Positions 42,049-54,278 of a stretch of DNA of 64,000 bases are shown piece by piece; positions within the stretch are counted from its first letter, which is position 1; the number at the start of each line of letters is the position of its first letter. The translations under genes were made by a program, and so were the position numbers. The notes beneath the pieces are model-generated. The model was not told the DNA's origin, ran no database searches, and worked only from the letters and a program-made list of their open reading frames with translations. This DNA comes from Amoebophrya sp. A120 (lineage: Eukaryota > Protista > Dinoflagellata): the NCBI GenBank assembly GCA_905178155.1, contig CAJINV010000004.1, positions 2,564,228 through 2,628,227 of the forward strand, read 5' to 3'.

Positions 42049-44631
42049 TTAAATCCCACAGTACTCGTACACATGATTCCAAGTCAATTCTGATTGTTCA
42101 GTCGCTTCCCGCAGCATTGAAAGCGAGTAAGGCTGGTACATCACAGTGGTCAACATGGACAGAAAGTAACAACAATAAGTAATTTGCGTAATCGTGAAAA
42201 TCTGCGGAAATAATTGCAAAGAAAAGCCTGCCTCCTCCGTTGTTCCGGCATCCGGATAAAACAGTCCTACAAATTTCGGCAGCAAGACTTTCACCTGCTC
42301 GTCGTCAAATGCCGCAAACTTCCAGGTAATGACATACCACTCGACGACGTCGCTCACGAAGAAAATAGTTGACACCACCAGACCGAAAATGATCTTCTCG
42401 CTCTTCTGCGGAAACCCGGGGAACAGCGACACGTTATTCACCAGCGCAATGAGGGGAACTAGCATCAGCGTCAGCGACGTCATTATGCGGCAGTGCGCAC
42501 GAAGTTGGTAGCGTTTAAAATTTTCTTGGCGGTAGAAATCAACGCAGTGCTTGAAAGCTTTCAGCTCTGCTTCCGACACCGGTGTCTTCACTGTTTCTGT
42601 TTTTCCTCTATCTTCCCGGCCAAGTAAAAACTTCACAGCCGTCCGGGCCGTCGCCGTCGCTGCAGCCAGGCCAGCGCCAACAGAACGGGTCTTACGAACA
42701 CTATCGGAATGGTGCAGGGCCGGGCTTTGCGGCTTTGCCGGCATGGTCGCGGTCTTTTTCACTGGCAACGCCGTTTCTCCTGCCGGCAGAACACCCACAG
42801 ACTTCCCCCCGTTTGCTTTGTTTCCGATGCTGCAGCCTATTCTGCTGTTGCTTCCGTTCACTTGTTGCGTGCCAACTTCTATCCCTGCAGCAACTCCACT
42901 CGTGGCCAACTTCTCCCCGTCCGTTTCAATTGCGAGCAGGTTGGGTAGTGTTGCGTCTCCGTCGTGGCTTTCGGGTCCTGTCGTGCCCACAGGCTCTTCC
43001 GGATCCATTTCAACTTCCACTGCACCGTGCGAAAGATTCGCGGCGTCTCGATTGCACAAATCCCGAAAAACATGTTGCGGCACGTTTCTGATTCTCACCC
43101 GCATGTTGGAAAAGTGCAGAGCTAATGACTTCTTCTCGAGTTGTACTTGTTGTACCTCCCGCACTGTACTTCGTTGTGCCTCGTTGTAGTACTTCGTTGT
43201 AGTTGTCATGCCGCTAGCTGTGCCCGAGTTGTACTCGTCCGTCTGCTGATGCCCACCTCGAGCTCCTGCATCGAACAAGGCGCCAGTTGTTTCCTCTGGT
43301 AGTTGCAGTTTCTGCTCAAAGTCAATCTCCTCGTCAAATGCGATGGAAAAACGTCGATTGATAGAGCTGATTCGCTGCAAATTGTAACAAATTTTGGTAA
43401 TCCATCGCCAACTCTCCGGAACATGCTCTAGATCGTCAAAGTCGCAAACTTTCAGGGCAAACACCAGCAATGCTTCTGTTTGCCGCAAAGCGAAGTGCCA
43501 AACGTGGTAGGTCAGGTCGCGAAAGAGTACAAAAGCGATGGTTGCAGGTGATAAAACCAGGAACACGCCCCGGCCCATTCCGAACCGCATGGTATCGAAA
43601 ATGAACTGACAGCACCAAACAACGTAGTCCCGAGTCCGGTCCTGCGCCGCTTTCTGCACTCGGGAGTCGGGGAAGCCACACAAACTCCAATCACTATCAG
43701 TAGGAAGCGTTCGCGGTAGAAACACCTGCCCCCAGATCTTTTCCAGAAGAGGCAGCAGAATACTGAAGAAGAAACCGCACACAAGCGCCTCTGCGACAAT
43801 GCGCTGGTACCCCGGTAACTCCCTTGCGGCGGCGAGTAGGCCCGGAACGATGCGCGTCACCGCAAAGAGAGCAAGGCCGATGTAGAGCAGTACGGCGAAT
43901 TGAAAAACAAGGAATCGGTAGACTGCGCTCGAGCATCCCGCACTCCTCGATCGCGCCACTGTATACCGGAAAAAGACTAGCAAAAAAGCACCCAGAAACG
44001 CCTTGATGGGGGTGTAGAGCAATCGGAACAGGGCAAGACTTTGCACACGGCTCTTATCGGTCAGACACGCGAAGACGCCACCGTACATAGTTACTCCTAA
44101 CAAAACGGCGTAAATCGTTGCAAACGCTAGCGCTGCCCGGCGGTTTCGCTTTCGCACCAGTGACGTCTTCAACAGTAGCAAACTATGCGGGGACGGACAC
44201 TGCAGCAAGATCAACGTCGCACCCAGAGCTATTTCAGAGAGAACCAAACCGAGCCCCGCCTCGTGAAACGCGGCGTAGGCGAAATTCGTCGGGATAGCAA
44301 TTGTACTTCCAGGCGCAACTTTCGCTGGATCAAACACACCTGTGCCCATCACCGATGCTAGCCGCTGAAAATCGCTAAACTCGCAAACCGGACCAACACC
44401 GCGCAATATGGTGAGGAGCACAACAAACAGCACCGGAATCAGCACCGCGCGCACGGGGACGGTGGAAAACTTCCTTTTCAATTCCCGAATGCGGTTTTCA
44501 TCCTTCCTAGTTGGTTTTCTCGTGCTGGAAACTTTCCGCACAACGGGGAAGTCAGCTGCGATTGAAGTTGATGCGCGGTTCATTGTGGTGCGAAATGAGA
44601 TATATAGATCGAGATCTTCATCGTGGACCAC
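42049..44631 (-). CDS. Multi-pass membrane protein of unknown function, paralog 1
   Basis: 860-aa intronless ORF with about 10 hydrophobic segments and a large polar loop; colinear with 47500-50031. Confidence 0.85.
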   Translation of the reverse strand: MVHDEDLDLYISFRTTMNRASTSIAADFPVVRKVSSTRKPTRKDENRIRELKRKFSTVPVRAVLIPVLFVVLLTILRGVGPVCEFSDFQRLASVMGTGVFDPAKVAPGSTIAIPTNFAYAAFHEAGLGLVLSEIALGATLILLQCPSPHSLLLLKTSLVRKRNRRAALAFATIYAVLLGVTMYGGVFACLTDKSRVQSLALFRLLYTPIKAFLGAFLLVFFRYTVARSRSAGCSSAVYRFLVFQFAVLLYIGLALFAVTRIVPGLLAAARELPGYQRIVAEALVCGFFFSILLPLLEKIWGQVFLPRTLPTDSDWSLCGFPDSRVQKAAQDRTRDYVVWCCQFIFDTMRFGMGRGVFLVLSPATIAFVLFRDLTYHVWHFALRQTEALLVFALKVCDFDDLEHVPESWRWITKICYNLQRISSINRRFSIAFDEEIDFEQKLQLPEETTGALFDAGARGGHQQTDEYNSGTASGMTTTTKYYNEAQRSTVREVQQVQLEKKSLALHFSNMRVRIRNVPQHVFRDLCNRDAANLSHGAVEVEMDPEEPVGTTGPESHDGDATLPNLLAIETDGEKLATSGVAAGIEVGTQQVNGSNSRIGCSIGNKANGGKSVGVLPAGETALPVKKTATMPAKPQSPALHHSDSVRKTRSVGAGLAAATATARTAVKFLLGREDRGKTETVKTPVSEAELKAFKHCVDFYRQENFKRYQLRAHCRIMTSLTLMLVPLIALVNNVSLFPGFPQKSEKIIFGLVVSTIFFVSDVVEWYVITWKFAAFDDEQVKVLLPKFVGLFYPDAGTTEEAGFSLQLFPQIFTITQITYCCYFLSMLTTVMYQPYSLSMLREATEQSELTWNHVYEYCGI

Positions 44632-46074
44632 CCATTTTAGGATGCGAAGTTGTTGAAGGATTGCATGATGAAAATTGTATACTCATCTTCTGTAATATTT
44701 TTATCTTCAAGAATATATCAATACTTCTACATTTTGATCTACATAAGTACCTCCAGCACCCTTTTCCGCTTCCTCGGCAGATGCTGAGACGGTTGAAATG
44801 GTGGTGACAACCGAGAGCACGCGTTCATTTTCGGCTGCAACATGAGAACTTCTCGTGCTGGAAAGATTGCGAGCGACGGAACCGCCTGTCGAGAGAAGTT
44901 GGAGTAGTTGGTGAGTCAGCTAGTTGTACATCCTCCGTGTGAAAACCCTTTTTTTACAGACCACGCGAAATAAAGCGAAAATCGCATGACACACTGACTC
45001 TCCCTCTTCGTCGGGCTAATGCGGCCGCAATAAACACACTATACCTCCGACAACATTCTTTTCGGTACTGAAACCCAACATCTCCGGGTTCGCCAAATCC
45101 AATGACGCGCGGTCGCCTGATAATAAATAAATCCAAAATTATAGGGCTGCGGGACAAACTACTGACTTCATTCAACATTTTCCCGTTTGTGACTAGGCTC
45201 CAGAAGCTGTCCATCTGTGTCTGACATTAACATTAGAAGTAAGTACGATCAGTAGCAGGATCCCGCACAGACTTGCTCTCCACTGGCACTGGTTCTACCA
45301 AAGCCACACCGCTTTCTTCATTGCTCGCTCTGGAAGACATGCGCACAACGGAGAAGGTGGCAACTGTTGTGCGGTTTGAAATAGAGAAATGGAATAAATG
45401 TTTGTCAGCGTCAGCATGACGTGCAAAAATGACAATTATTAGATATCTCATCTTTATTATTCATTTCTACAACCCCCAAGTTCAAAAAAGATGAAAATAT
45501 GCTGTTTTACCGTCGTTCTCGTCCATCGTCTTCCCCGGAACCGACGGAGTCAATGAATCGCCACCAAGGAAACTCATGATGTTCTGCCACCAAGGAAAGT
45601 CATGATGTTCTGCTTGAAATAGCAGAGGAAACTACAGAACGACCACGAAAAAACAACACTCCTCGGCCTTCTGCCGTCTTCGATACGTTTGTTTTCTTTT
45701 CAACTATTTCACTCTTATCGTTCCCGAAGATAAACCTCCAAGCTGGTAGCTAGAAGGATATGAAAAAACAATGGAAAGTAGCGGAAAATCCGAAAAAAAA
45801 AGTCTCTCCGACCCTCATTCGTAGACAAAACGAAAAGATAGAAAGAACGCAACGTGATGTCTAAAAACATCCGTGAGGCCTGCCCCTCGGGCGGCTGCCT
45901 CTCTCTGCCTCCGGCCGCGAGGACCAGAACCTGCGGGCGGGGCAGTACTAGAGAAAAAAAATGCATGCCTTGCTGACTCTTTCTCTGTCCTTTACAGTCA
46001 AGCACACATCAATGCGCTGCGTCTTGCAGAAGTGTTCTTTTTGTTCCAGTCGAGTCTGAGTATCCCTGGCGCGA

Positions 46075-46196
46075 CTGGATGAGCTACAACAAAATCCTGT
46101 ATTTCTCCTCCATCGGCACCCGACACGCGGTCACAACGCCGTCGTAGGACAAACTGCGGTAGTATAAGCGCGGAAGTGGGAAGGACCACCGCCCAT
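46075..46196 (-). pseudogene. Duplication junction: IRG start (MGGGPSH) fused out of frame to the EIPR1 3' end
   Basis: Contains SLSYDGVVTACRVPMEEKYRILL* (copy of 51582-51660) and the IRG ATG context, separated by a 13-nt filler. Confidence 0.8.
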
Positions 46197-47499
46197 TTTC
46201 GTTTTTGGACGAAGATCGATCTGGATGGAGTTGTAGCTTTCAAGTACAAATTGGATCGCTCGTTCAATACTTTGATTGTTGTTTCTCCGTGCTGTTGGTT
46301 TTATTTGCACTACTGTTTATGCGGTCCGTCCCATGTAAATGTTGGTGCTCGGAGTGGAGGGGCCAAGCCAATATATCCGATTTTTTTTTTGCATCGCAAC
46401 GAAACTTGTGCATCAACTGTAACTCGTTTATACAAGAATCGTCTTTATTTTCTTCCCTTCACAAAAAAATCGCGTGTCGCATGATGTTAACCATCATCTT
46501 CCTCGACACGAAAGAGATCTCGTTCAGACAGTAAGTGACTCAGACTGCACTGCAGAAGCAGAGAACCATCGCGCTGGAAAGGGAAACAGAAACGGACCAC
46601 ACGGATCAATGACTGAAGTTGTCCGTGAACTACGCTGGATCTTCACGTGTTTTCTTCAACAACTTACTTTGGTCCGAGCTTCCCAGTGTTCGGCCTCTGG
46701 AGGACGAACTTCGCGCTTTGATCAAGATCAATGAGGCTGAAATAGAGACGGCAGAAACTGGCGCCAGCTTTCTTGCATGAAGATGAACACAGTAAAATAT
46801 TCTCTAGCAATAACTTCCCCGATCCCGAAAGAAAAGGCCCTCACGTATGTAATCTTCGTGTGTTTCATTGCTTGTGTTGCATTTACGTGTGTTTAATTTA
46901 ATAGCACACTCGAGCTTTTCGCTTTCTTTCGATTCACAATTTTGAAACTGAAGTTGATACTCGGACTACCCTTTTTGTTGTTTTTTGTTCACAGTGACTA
47001 TTCGTTTTCGCTTGAGTTGGAGTTTAGGTTTAGTTTACGCCACGTATTTTTTTTGGTAAATTGATGAAACAATTAGAATTAATATACTTGTACTTCATCT
47101 ATTCTACGGGCTTCACTTGTGTATACTGAAAACTGATTACTGTACTTGTTTACGCACTTTCGCATGCGATTCGGCGAAGTTTCCCCGCAGCAAAGTCGAG
47201 CATAAGTAGATGGCCGAACAGCAGCTCACGTGCACCAGGGGTCTCTTGTGCCAGCTGTGATGAGAAGATCGAGTTTGTACTTGAGTCAAAATGCTTGAGC
47301 TTGTCCATCAAAACGGAAGATACAAATATGCACTCAGCTTCTATTACTGGCTAAATTTGGTCACACCAACGAGCTACGCATGGTTTATTTGTTTTTATAT
47401 TGGGATAAAAATCAGCGGTAAATAAGTAAGTATTTAAAGCTAAGAGCGACAATCCTCTAGTTATGATTTTCACTGACATATTGATCCTTCTCTATCTCT

Positions 47500-50031
47500 T
47501 TAAATACCACAGTAGTCGTACACGTGACTCCAAGTCAATTCTGCTTGTTCAGTCACTTCCCGTAGCATTGAAAGCGAGTAAGGCTGATACCTTACTGTGG
47601 TAATAGTCGACAGAAGGTAACAGCTAAAAACAGGAACCGCAATCGTATTTATTTGCGGAAATAATTGGAAAGAAGACCCTGCTTGCTCCGTCCCAGAATC
47701 CACAAAAAATAGTCCTACAAATCTCGGCAGCAAGACTTTCGCCTGCTCGTCATCAAATGCTGCAAACTTCCACGTAATAACATACCACTCGACGACGTCG
47801 TTCACGAAGAAAATAATTGACACAACCAGACCGAAAATAATCTCCTCGCTGGTCTGCGGAAACCCGGGGAACAGCGACACGTTATTCGCCAGCGCAACGA
47901 GGGGGACAAAAATCATCGCTAGCGACGTCATTAGGCGGCAGTGCGCACGAATCTGGTACCGTTTAAAATTTTCTTGGCGGTAAAAATCAGTGCAGTGCCT
48001 GAAGGCGTTCAGCTCTGCTGCGGAAACCGGGCTCTTTGCTGTTTTCGTTTTTCCTTTATCTTCTCGGCCAAGTAAAAACTTCAGAAACGTCCGGGTGGTC
48101 GCCACAGGCGGGGGAGCGTCAACAGAAAGGGTCTTATGGACACTGCTGGTCTGGTGCAGGATCGCGTTTTCCGGCTTGGCCGGCATGCTCGCGGCCTTCT
48201 TCACTGGCAACGCAGTTTCTACTCTTGCCGCCAGAACACCCACAGACCTTCCACCGGCTTCTACATCTCTGTTATTTCCGATGCTGCGGCCTGTTCCGGT
48301 TCTGGTTCCGCTCCTTTGCGTGCCGACTTGTACCCCTGCAGCAACTTGATTCGCAGTCAGCCTCCCCCTCCCCGTGCTAATTTCGAGCAGGTTGGGCAAT
48401 GTTGCGTCTCTGTCGCTGGTTTCGGATTCTGTCGTGCTCACATGGTCTTCCGGTTCCATTTCAACTCTCACTGCACCGTGCGAAAGATTCGCGACATCTC
48501 GGTTGAACAAATCCCGGAAGAGGTGTACTGGTACGTTTCTGATTTTAACCCGGATGTTAGAAAAGTGCAGAGCCAATGTTTTCTTCCCGAGTTGGGTGCG
48601 AGTTGTAGTACTCCGATGTAGAACTTCCCTGTACTCCGTTGCAATGCCACTAGTTGTGCCCGAGTTGTAATCCGTCAGCTGATGCCCGCATCCAGCTCCT
48701 GCATCGAAGGCGCCAGTAGTTTCCTCTGCGAGTAGTATCTGCTCAAAGTCAATCTCCTCGTCAAACGCGATGGAAAAACGTCGATTGATAGAACTGATTC
48801 GTTGCAGATGGTAACAAATTTTGGTGGCCCATCGCCATCTCTCCGGAACATGCTCCAGATCGTCAAAGTCGCAAACTTTCAGCGCAAACACCAACAACGC
48901 TTCTTTTTGCCTCAAAGCGAAGTGCCAGATGTGGTAGGTCAGGTCACGAAAGAGTACAAAAGCGATGGCTGCAGGAGATAAAACCAGGAAAACGCCGCGC
49001 CCCATTCCGAACCGAGTGGCGTCGAACATGTACTGGGCGCTGCAAACCATAACTTCCCGGGTTTTTTCCTGGGCCGCTTTCTGCGTTCGTGCGTCGGGGA
49101 AGAGGTCGCACAACTTCCAATCGTTGTCAGTAGGAAGCAGCCGCGGTACAAGCACCTGCCCCCCAATTTTTTCCAGAAGAGGCAGCACAATGCTGAAGAA
49201 GAAACCACACACCAGCGTCTCTGCGATAATGCGCTGGTACCCCGGTAACTCTTGCGCAGTTGCTAGTAGGGCCGGAATGATGCGCGTCGCCGCAAAGAGA
49301 GAAAGACCGAGGTAGAGCAGTCCCCAAAATTGAAATGCAAGGGAGCGGTAGACTGCGCTATAGCATCCCGCACTCCACGATCGCGCCACTGCATACCGGA
49401 AGAAGACCAGCAAAAAAACAGCTAGAAGCGCCTTGATGGGGATGTAGACCAATCGGAACAGGGCAAGACTTTGTACGCGGCCTTCCTCGGTCAGGCACGC
49501 GAAGACGCCGCCATACCAACCTACAACAAACAAAACGGTGTAAATGGTCGCAAACGCTAGTGCTGGCCGGTTCTTTCGCAACGACGTCTTCAACAGTAGC
49601 AAGCTAAGCGGCGACGGAATCTGCAGCACGACATACGCCAAGGCCAAGGCTGTTTCAAGGAAAACCGCGCCGACCACCAACTCGTGAAACGCGGCATAAG
49701 CGAAATTTGTCGGGATAGCAATTGTATTGCCAGCCGCTGTAGCTTTTCCGTCGGAGCTAACTTTCGCTGGATCAAACACACCTGTGCCCATCACAGATGC
49801 TAGCCGCTGAAAATCGCTAAACTCGCAAACCGGACCGACGCCGCGCAAAATGGTGAGGAGCACAATAAACAGGACCGGAATCAGCACCGTACGCACGGTG
49901 ATGGTGAAAAACTTCCTTTTCAATTCCCGAATGCGGTTTTCATCCTTCCTGGTTGGCTTTCTCGTGCTGGAAGCTTTCCGCACAACGGGGGAGTCATCTG
50001 CGATTGAAGTTGATGCGCGGTTCATTGTCAT
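47500..50031 (-). CDS. Multi-pass membrane protein of unknown function, paralog 2
   Basis: 843-aa intronless ORF; both paralogs remain open despite many substitutions and in-frame indels. Confidence 0.85.
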   Translation of the reverse strand: MTMNRASTSIADDSPVVRKASSTRKPTRKDENRIRELKRKFFTITVRTVLIPVLFIVLLTILRGVGPVCEFSDFQRLASVMGTGVFDPAKVSSDGKATAAGNTIAIPTNFAYAAFHELVVGAVFLETALALAYVVLQIPSPLSLLLLKTSLRKNRPALAFATIYTVLFVVGWYGGVFACLTEEGRVQSLALFRLVYIPIKALLAVFLLVFFRYAVARSWSAGCYSAVYRSLAFQFWGLLYLGLSLFAATRIIPALLATAQELPGYQRIIAETLVCGFFFSIVLPLLEKIGGQVLVPRLLPTDNDWKLCDLFPDARTQKAAQEKTREVMVCSAQYMFDATRFGMGRGVFLVLSPAAIAFVLFRDLTYHIWHFALRQKEALLVFALKVCDFDDLEHVPERWRWATKICYHLQRISSINRRFSIAFDEEIDFEQILLAEETTGAFDAGAGCGHQLTDYNSGTTSGIATEYREVLHRSTTTRTQLGKKTLALHFSNIRVKIRNVPVHLFRDLFNRDVANLSHGAVRVEMEPEDHVSTTESETSDRDATLPNLLEISTGRGRLTANQVAAGVQVGTQRSGTRTGTGRSIGNNRDVEAGGRSVGVLAARVETALPVKKAASMPAKPENAILHQTSSVHKTLSVDAPPPVATTRTFLKFLLGREDKGKTKTAKSPVSAAELNAFRHCTDFYRQENFKRYQIRAHCRLMTSLAMIFVPLVALANNVSLFPGFPQTSEEIIFGLVVSIIFFVNDVVEWYVITWKFAAFDDEQAKVLLPRFVGLFFVDSGTEQAGSSFQLFPQINTIAVPVFSCYLLSTITTVRYQPYSLSMLREVTEQAELTWSHVYDYCGI

Positions 50032-51581
50032 GCGAAATGAGATATAGATCGAGATCCTTATTGTGAACCACCCATTTTAGCATGCGAAGTTGCCGAAGGG
50101 TTGCATGAAAATTCTATACTCAACTTCTTTAATATTTTTATCTTCAACTAATACTTCTACACTTCGATCTACATAAGTACCTCCAGCACCCTTTTCCGCT
50201 TCCTCGGCAGATGCTGAGACGGCTGAAATGGTGGTAACAACCGAGAGCACGCGTTCATTTTCGGCTGCAACATGAGAACTTCTCGTGCCGGAAAGATTGC
50301 GAGCGACGGAACCGCCTGTCGAGAGAAGTTCAAGTAGATGGTGAGTCAGCTAGTACATTTTCTGTGTGAAAACCAATACAGACTCAGACACTAAAAAATG
50401 TAAATAAAGCGAAAATCGCATGACAAACTCTTCGTCGGGCCAATGTGGCCGCAATAAAGACACTATTATACCTCCGACCACACTCCCTTCGATACTGAAA
50501 TCCAGCATCTCCGTGTTCATTGCCAAACCCAAATCCAATGACGCACGGTCGCCTGATAATCATAATTACATTCGAAATTATAGAGCTGCGGGACAAAGTA
50601 CTGAACCTGACTTCATTCATCATTTTCCAGTTTGTGACTAGGCTCCAGAAGCTGTCCATCTGCATCTGACATTAACACTCATTAGAAGGCTGTCATGTTG
50701 TCTAAATCCGATATACAAATTCATGCTCAAGATGAAAAAGCTGAAGCTATTTCTCAAGTACGATCAGGATCGATTAGCATGGTCCCGAACCGATTTGCTC
50801 TCCACTGGCACCGGTTTTACCAACCCACACCGCTTTCTTCATTGCTCGCTCTGGAAGACATGCTCATAGCGGAGAAGGCAACTCCAACAACTGTTGTGCG
50901 GTGTAGGTTGAAAAAATAGAGAAATGGAAATCTTTCTCAGCGTCAGCATGATGTACAAAAATGACAGTCTCATTGAATCATGAGACTGTTCTTTCTTATT
51001 CATTTTTACAACCTCCAGTTTCAAACAACATATGCTGTTTTACCGTCCTCGTTCTCCTTCATCGTCTCCGCCGGAACCGACGGGATCAACGAATCGCAAG
51101 CAAGGAAGCTCATGCTCTGCTTGAAATATCAAATGGAACGGAACGCCCAAGAAAAAACAACAAGAAGAACGGGCTCCTCCGCCTTCTGCCATCTTCCTAC
51201 ATTTGTTTTTTATTTCAACTATTTCACTCTTATCGTTCCCTAAACCAAGGTGGTAGCTACGATATGAAAAAACAATCGAAATAAGTAGCGGAAAACCCGG
51301 AAAAAAAGACTCTCCGACCCTCATTCGTAGATTAAACGAAAAGAAACAAAGAACGCAACGTGATGATTGAAAACATCCCTGTGAGGCGTGCCCCTCGGGC
51401 GTCTGCCTCGCTCTGCCTCCGCCCACGAGGTCCAAAACATGCGGGCGGGGCAGTAGAGTGAACGCATGCCTTGCTGCCTCTGCCTTTGTCCTTTACGGTC
51501 AAGCACACAATGCGCCGCGTCTTGTAGAGGTATTCTTGTTCCAGACAAATCTCAGTTTCCCTGCGACTAGATGACAATGAG

Positions 51582-53736
51582 TTACAACAGAATCCTGTAT
51601 TTCTCTTCCATCGGCACCCGACACGCTGTCACAACGCCGTCGTAGGACAAACTGCAGTAGACCCAGGCGTCGTTCCCTGACCACGCCACCGAATACACCG
51701 CGTCCTCCTGCGAGACCTGCTTCAGGTTTTTCGAAAGGCTGAAATTCTGGTTTTGCTCCTTCTTCGTGCGCCACAGATTCACCTGGCAGTCGCTGCCCGC
51801 AGTGAGAACCAGCTGGTCGTGAAAGGGATTGTGCGCCACAGCGGTTATCCAATGGGAATGCGCACTGGAGGTGTGGTGGACCTGACAGGTTGAAACAAGT
51901 CGAAGTCGATGATCTTTACTTAGTACTATTACTGATTTTGTGCTTCGCTTTTCATTTTGCGGAAGCATACACTTGGACTTGCACCCGAAAATATAAATAA
52001 TCTACCGCACCATGTTCATCAAGTTTAAACTACCAAGCTGCGCTATACAAGAAAACGTATTACTAGATGAGTACACATGCCGTCTGCGTGTTTCTCAAGT
52101 CCCAGATCTTGAACGCCGCGTCCTCTCCTCCCGTCAAGAGCTGATTTGGCACATTCGGATTGAACTGCACCGCCGTCAGGCCGAACGCGTGCGCGTCCCG
52201 GCACTCCATCTTCGCGGCAAAAGACGCTGCGGAAGACCCGCCAGTGCGGAGGTCGCAGATCTTCAGATCGGCATTGAGGCCGACGGCAAACACGTTACTG
52301 TGGTGGGTATCGTAGGCGATCGCGTGCAGGACGCTCCGTTGCTGGTCCTGCTGTGCAGATGATTCCACTGAGGTCGTGGAACCGCTTGCGGTGCTTTTCG
52401 TCAGGGCCTCCTTCCCGATTGTTCTCACCACCGCGTTCCTCTGCGTGTCCACGGCGCAGACCGTTATCCTCTGCAAAAGTATCGTACTTGTATTGCAATC
52501 ATGCCTTACAAATCATTTTATTAATTCACATCCGCATTACAAATTTTATTTCTCATGCTGAGGAAATTTGTAATGCATTTATACGAATACGATACTTTTG
52601 CAGTTCATAACCGTCGCGCCATCGCGACTGGCGACGAGAAGTCGCGAGGACTCGAAAGGGTCCCACTGGCAGTGGTGCCAGGATAAATTGGTGAAACTTG
52701 TTGAGCTGTTAGATGCCGAAGATGGTGCAGAACTTGCAGTTGAAGTTGTTCCTCCACTCGTACCTCTGCAAGAACTACAGGCCGAACACCTCGCAAACAC
52801 CCCGTCCTCCTCGTAGTTGCTCTGGTCTTTTAACTCATTCCCCGGCTTCTTCGAGATCCACACGGCGCCGTCGTCTCGTCTCCACCCCGTGACAAACGCG
52901 GTGGTGTAGGGTTGTTTCGGCGACACCGCGATGGACGCCACGGGGCCGGAGTCTGGTGGGAGGGCAAGGCTTTTGAGCAACAGAAGCTCGTTCTCCTCGT
53001 CCGCGAACTGGAGCACGTGGACTTGGTTTTTCGCACTGTCCGGGAGAAAGCTGCCGGCGAGAAAGTATTACAATGAAAAATGCCCCCTCTCCATATCAAA
53101 ACGGAAATCTGTCATGCAGATTCGTGGTCACAAATCAGCTTTGTGATGCTAGAAGGCAGAAGATGCGGACTGTAGTGCTGTCTAGCGTGGGGAAGCCTTG
53201 CAGCTCCAGGATGACAGGAGGCAACTGGAAGTGGGAAACAGCATGACAGATTACCTGTAACTTAGGCCGCAGCTTCGTCTCTTGGCCTTCTAGCAAGTCG
53301 ATTTGTGTACTCAAATAGAGCATCACAAATTCGCGCACCTTCCGTTTCCGATATGCACTGGGGGCTTTTTTCACTTTGATAGAAAGACGTTCGTGTTCGG
53401 GACGGCCGCGAGGCTGCGGGCCGACGCCTGCGGCATGCGCCAACTCGAGGAGACGGCATTATGGCGTTCTCAACTGTTACATTCTCAACTGTTACATGGG
53501 TTTGTGATGCAAGAATGGCAAAAGTGAAAGGGGTCAGCTTGCGCGTCTTGCATGACAGATCTAGCAAAGATTCTCGGCCTGTTTGGCTCTTCGCGAATTT
53601 GTCATGCGAAGCAGCTTGATCGTGTCGATTCTGATTGTGATTTTGCATTACAAATCATGTAACAGTTGAGAATGTAACATTTGAGAACGCCATAGGCATG
53701 CTCCACGTTGAGCTCGTGGTGATGTCCTTCGGCCAT
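51582..53736 (-). CDS. EIPR1: EARP/GARP-interacting WD40 protein (EIPR1/TSSC1); 3 introners plus canonical intron 51882-52074; 416 aa spliced
   Basis: NQVHVLQF.DEEN, FNPN...LLTGGED..FKIWDLR, HSHW....HNPFHDQLVLT, EDAVYSVAWS..DAW...SLSYDG...RVP...KYRILL. Spliced length 1251 nt. Confidence 0.9.
52465..52609. mobile_element. Introner family A
   Basis: TATCCTCTGCAAAAGTATCG...CGATACTTTTGCAGTTCATA; DR ACCGT. Confidence 0.9.
53066..53381. mobile_element. Introner family F
   Basis: TATTACAATGAAAAATGCCCCC...GGGGGCTTTTTTCACTTTGATA; DR GAAAG. Confidence 0.9.
53460..53694. mobile_element. Introner family D
   Basis: TATGGCGTTCTCAACTGTTACATTCTCAACTGTTACATG...CATGTAACAGTTGAGAATGTAACATTTGAGAACGCCATA; DR GGCAT. 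Confidence 0.92.
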
Positions 53737-54278
53737 CTTAGAGTAGAGGTTAGGGCCGCGGCGCCCTCGTGTTTTTTTTTTTGTACGTCTGTGAAAAACG
53801 TTAGTTAACGCAAAGATAAACTTGCAAAATTCAGGGGGCACCAGCTCGGACGGCACAGTAGTGAGCTACTTTTGTTGAACTTTGATCTGCATACTTAGAC
53901 AGCGATGAAGAGTCAGTTGCTCTTTGGTTCTTCTTCTTTCGTTTTTATCGCATATAAGATGATTGGAAAACGCAACAGGAACAAGGATAGTTCAGAACGT
54001 GCGCGCAAGTTGTCATCTTGATTGCTGGTGATCTTTGAACGCCTAGAACACATGAGATGCGAATCTGATCATTCGTATGTCGTCTATTGATGATGCCGAT
54101 GGGTTGAGTAGTTTTCAGAAGTTTTTCTCCTGACAGCAACCGACGGCTGGGTTGTGGTCTTGCGTTTGTCAACAAGGGACACCGGCTCAAATATCATACA
54201 AGAGTGCGAAGATGACATCGTACATTTCATCATTTGCGTACAATTCTCGGTTTTATCGTACATGATCCATCTTCAAAT

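Larger units (their letters stand above)
40850..51660. repeat. Tandem segmental duplication: unit 1 ~40850-46162, unit 2 ~46176-51660
   Basis: Colinear similarity from AAGGACCACCGCCCAT (40854, 46181) to GGACAAACTGC.GTAG (46162, 51660), covering coding and intergenic DNA. Confidence 0.92.

Noticed and set aside
45560-45611. 26-bp tandem duplication in duplication unit 1
   Set aside because: Ordinary local slippage with no functional signal.
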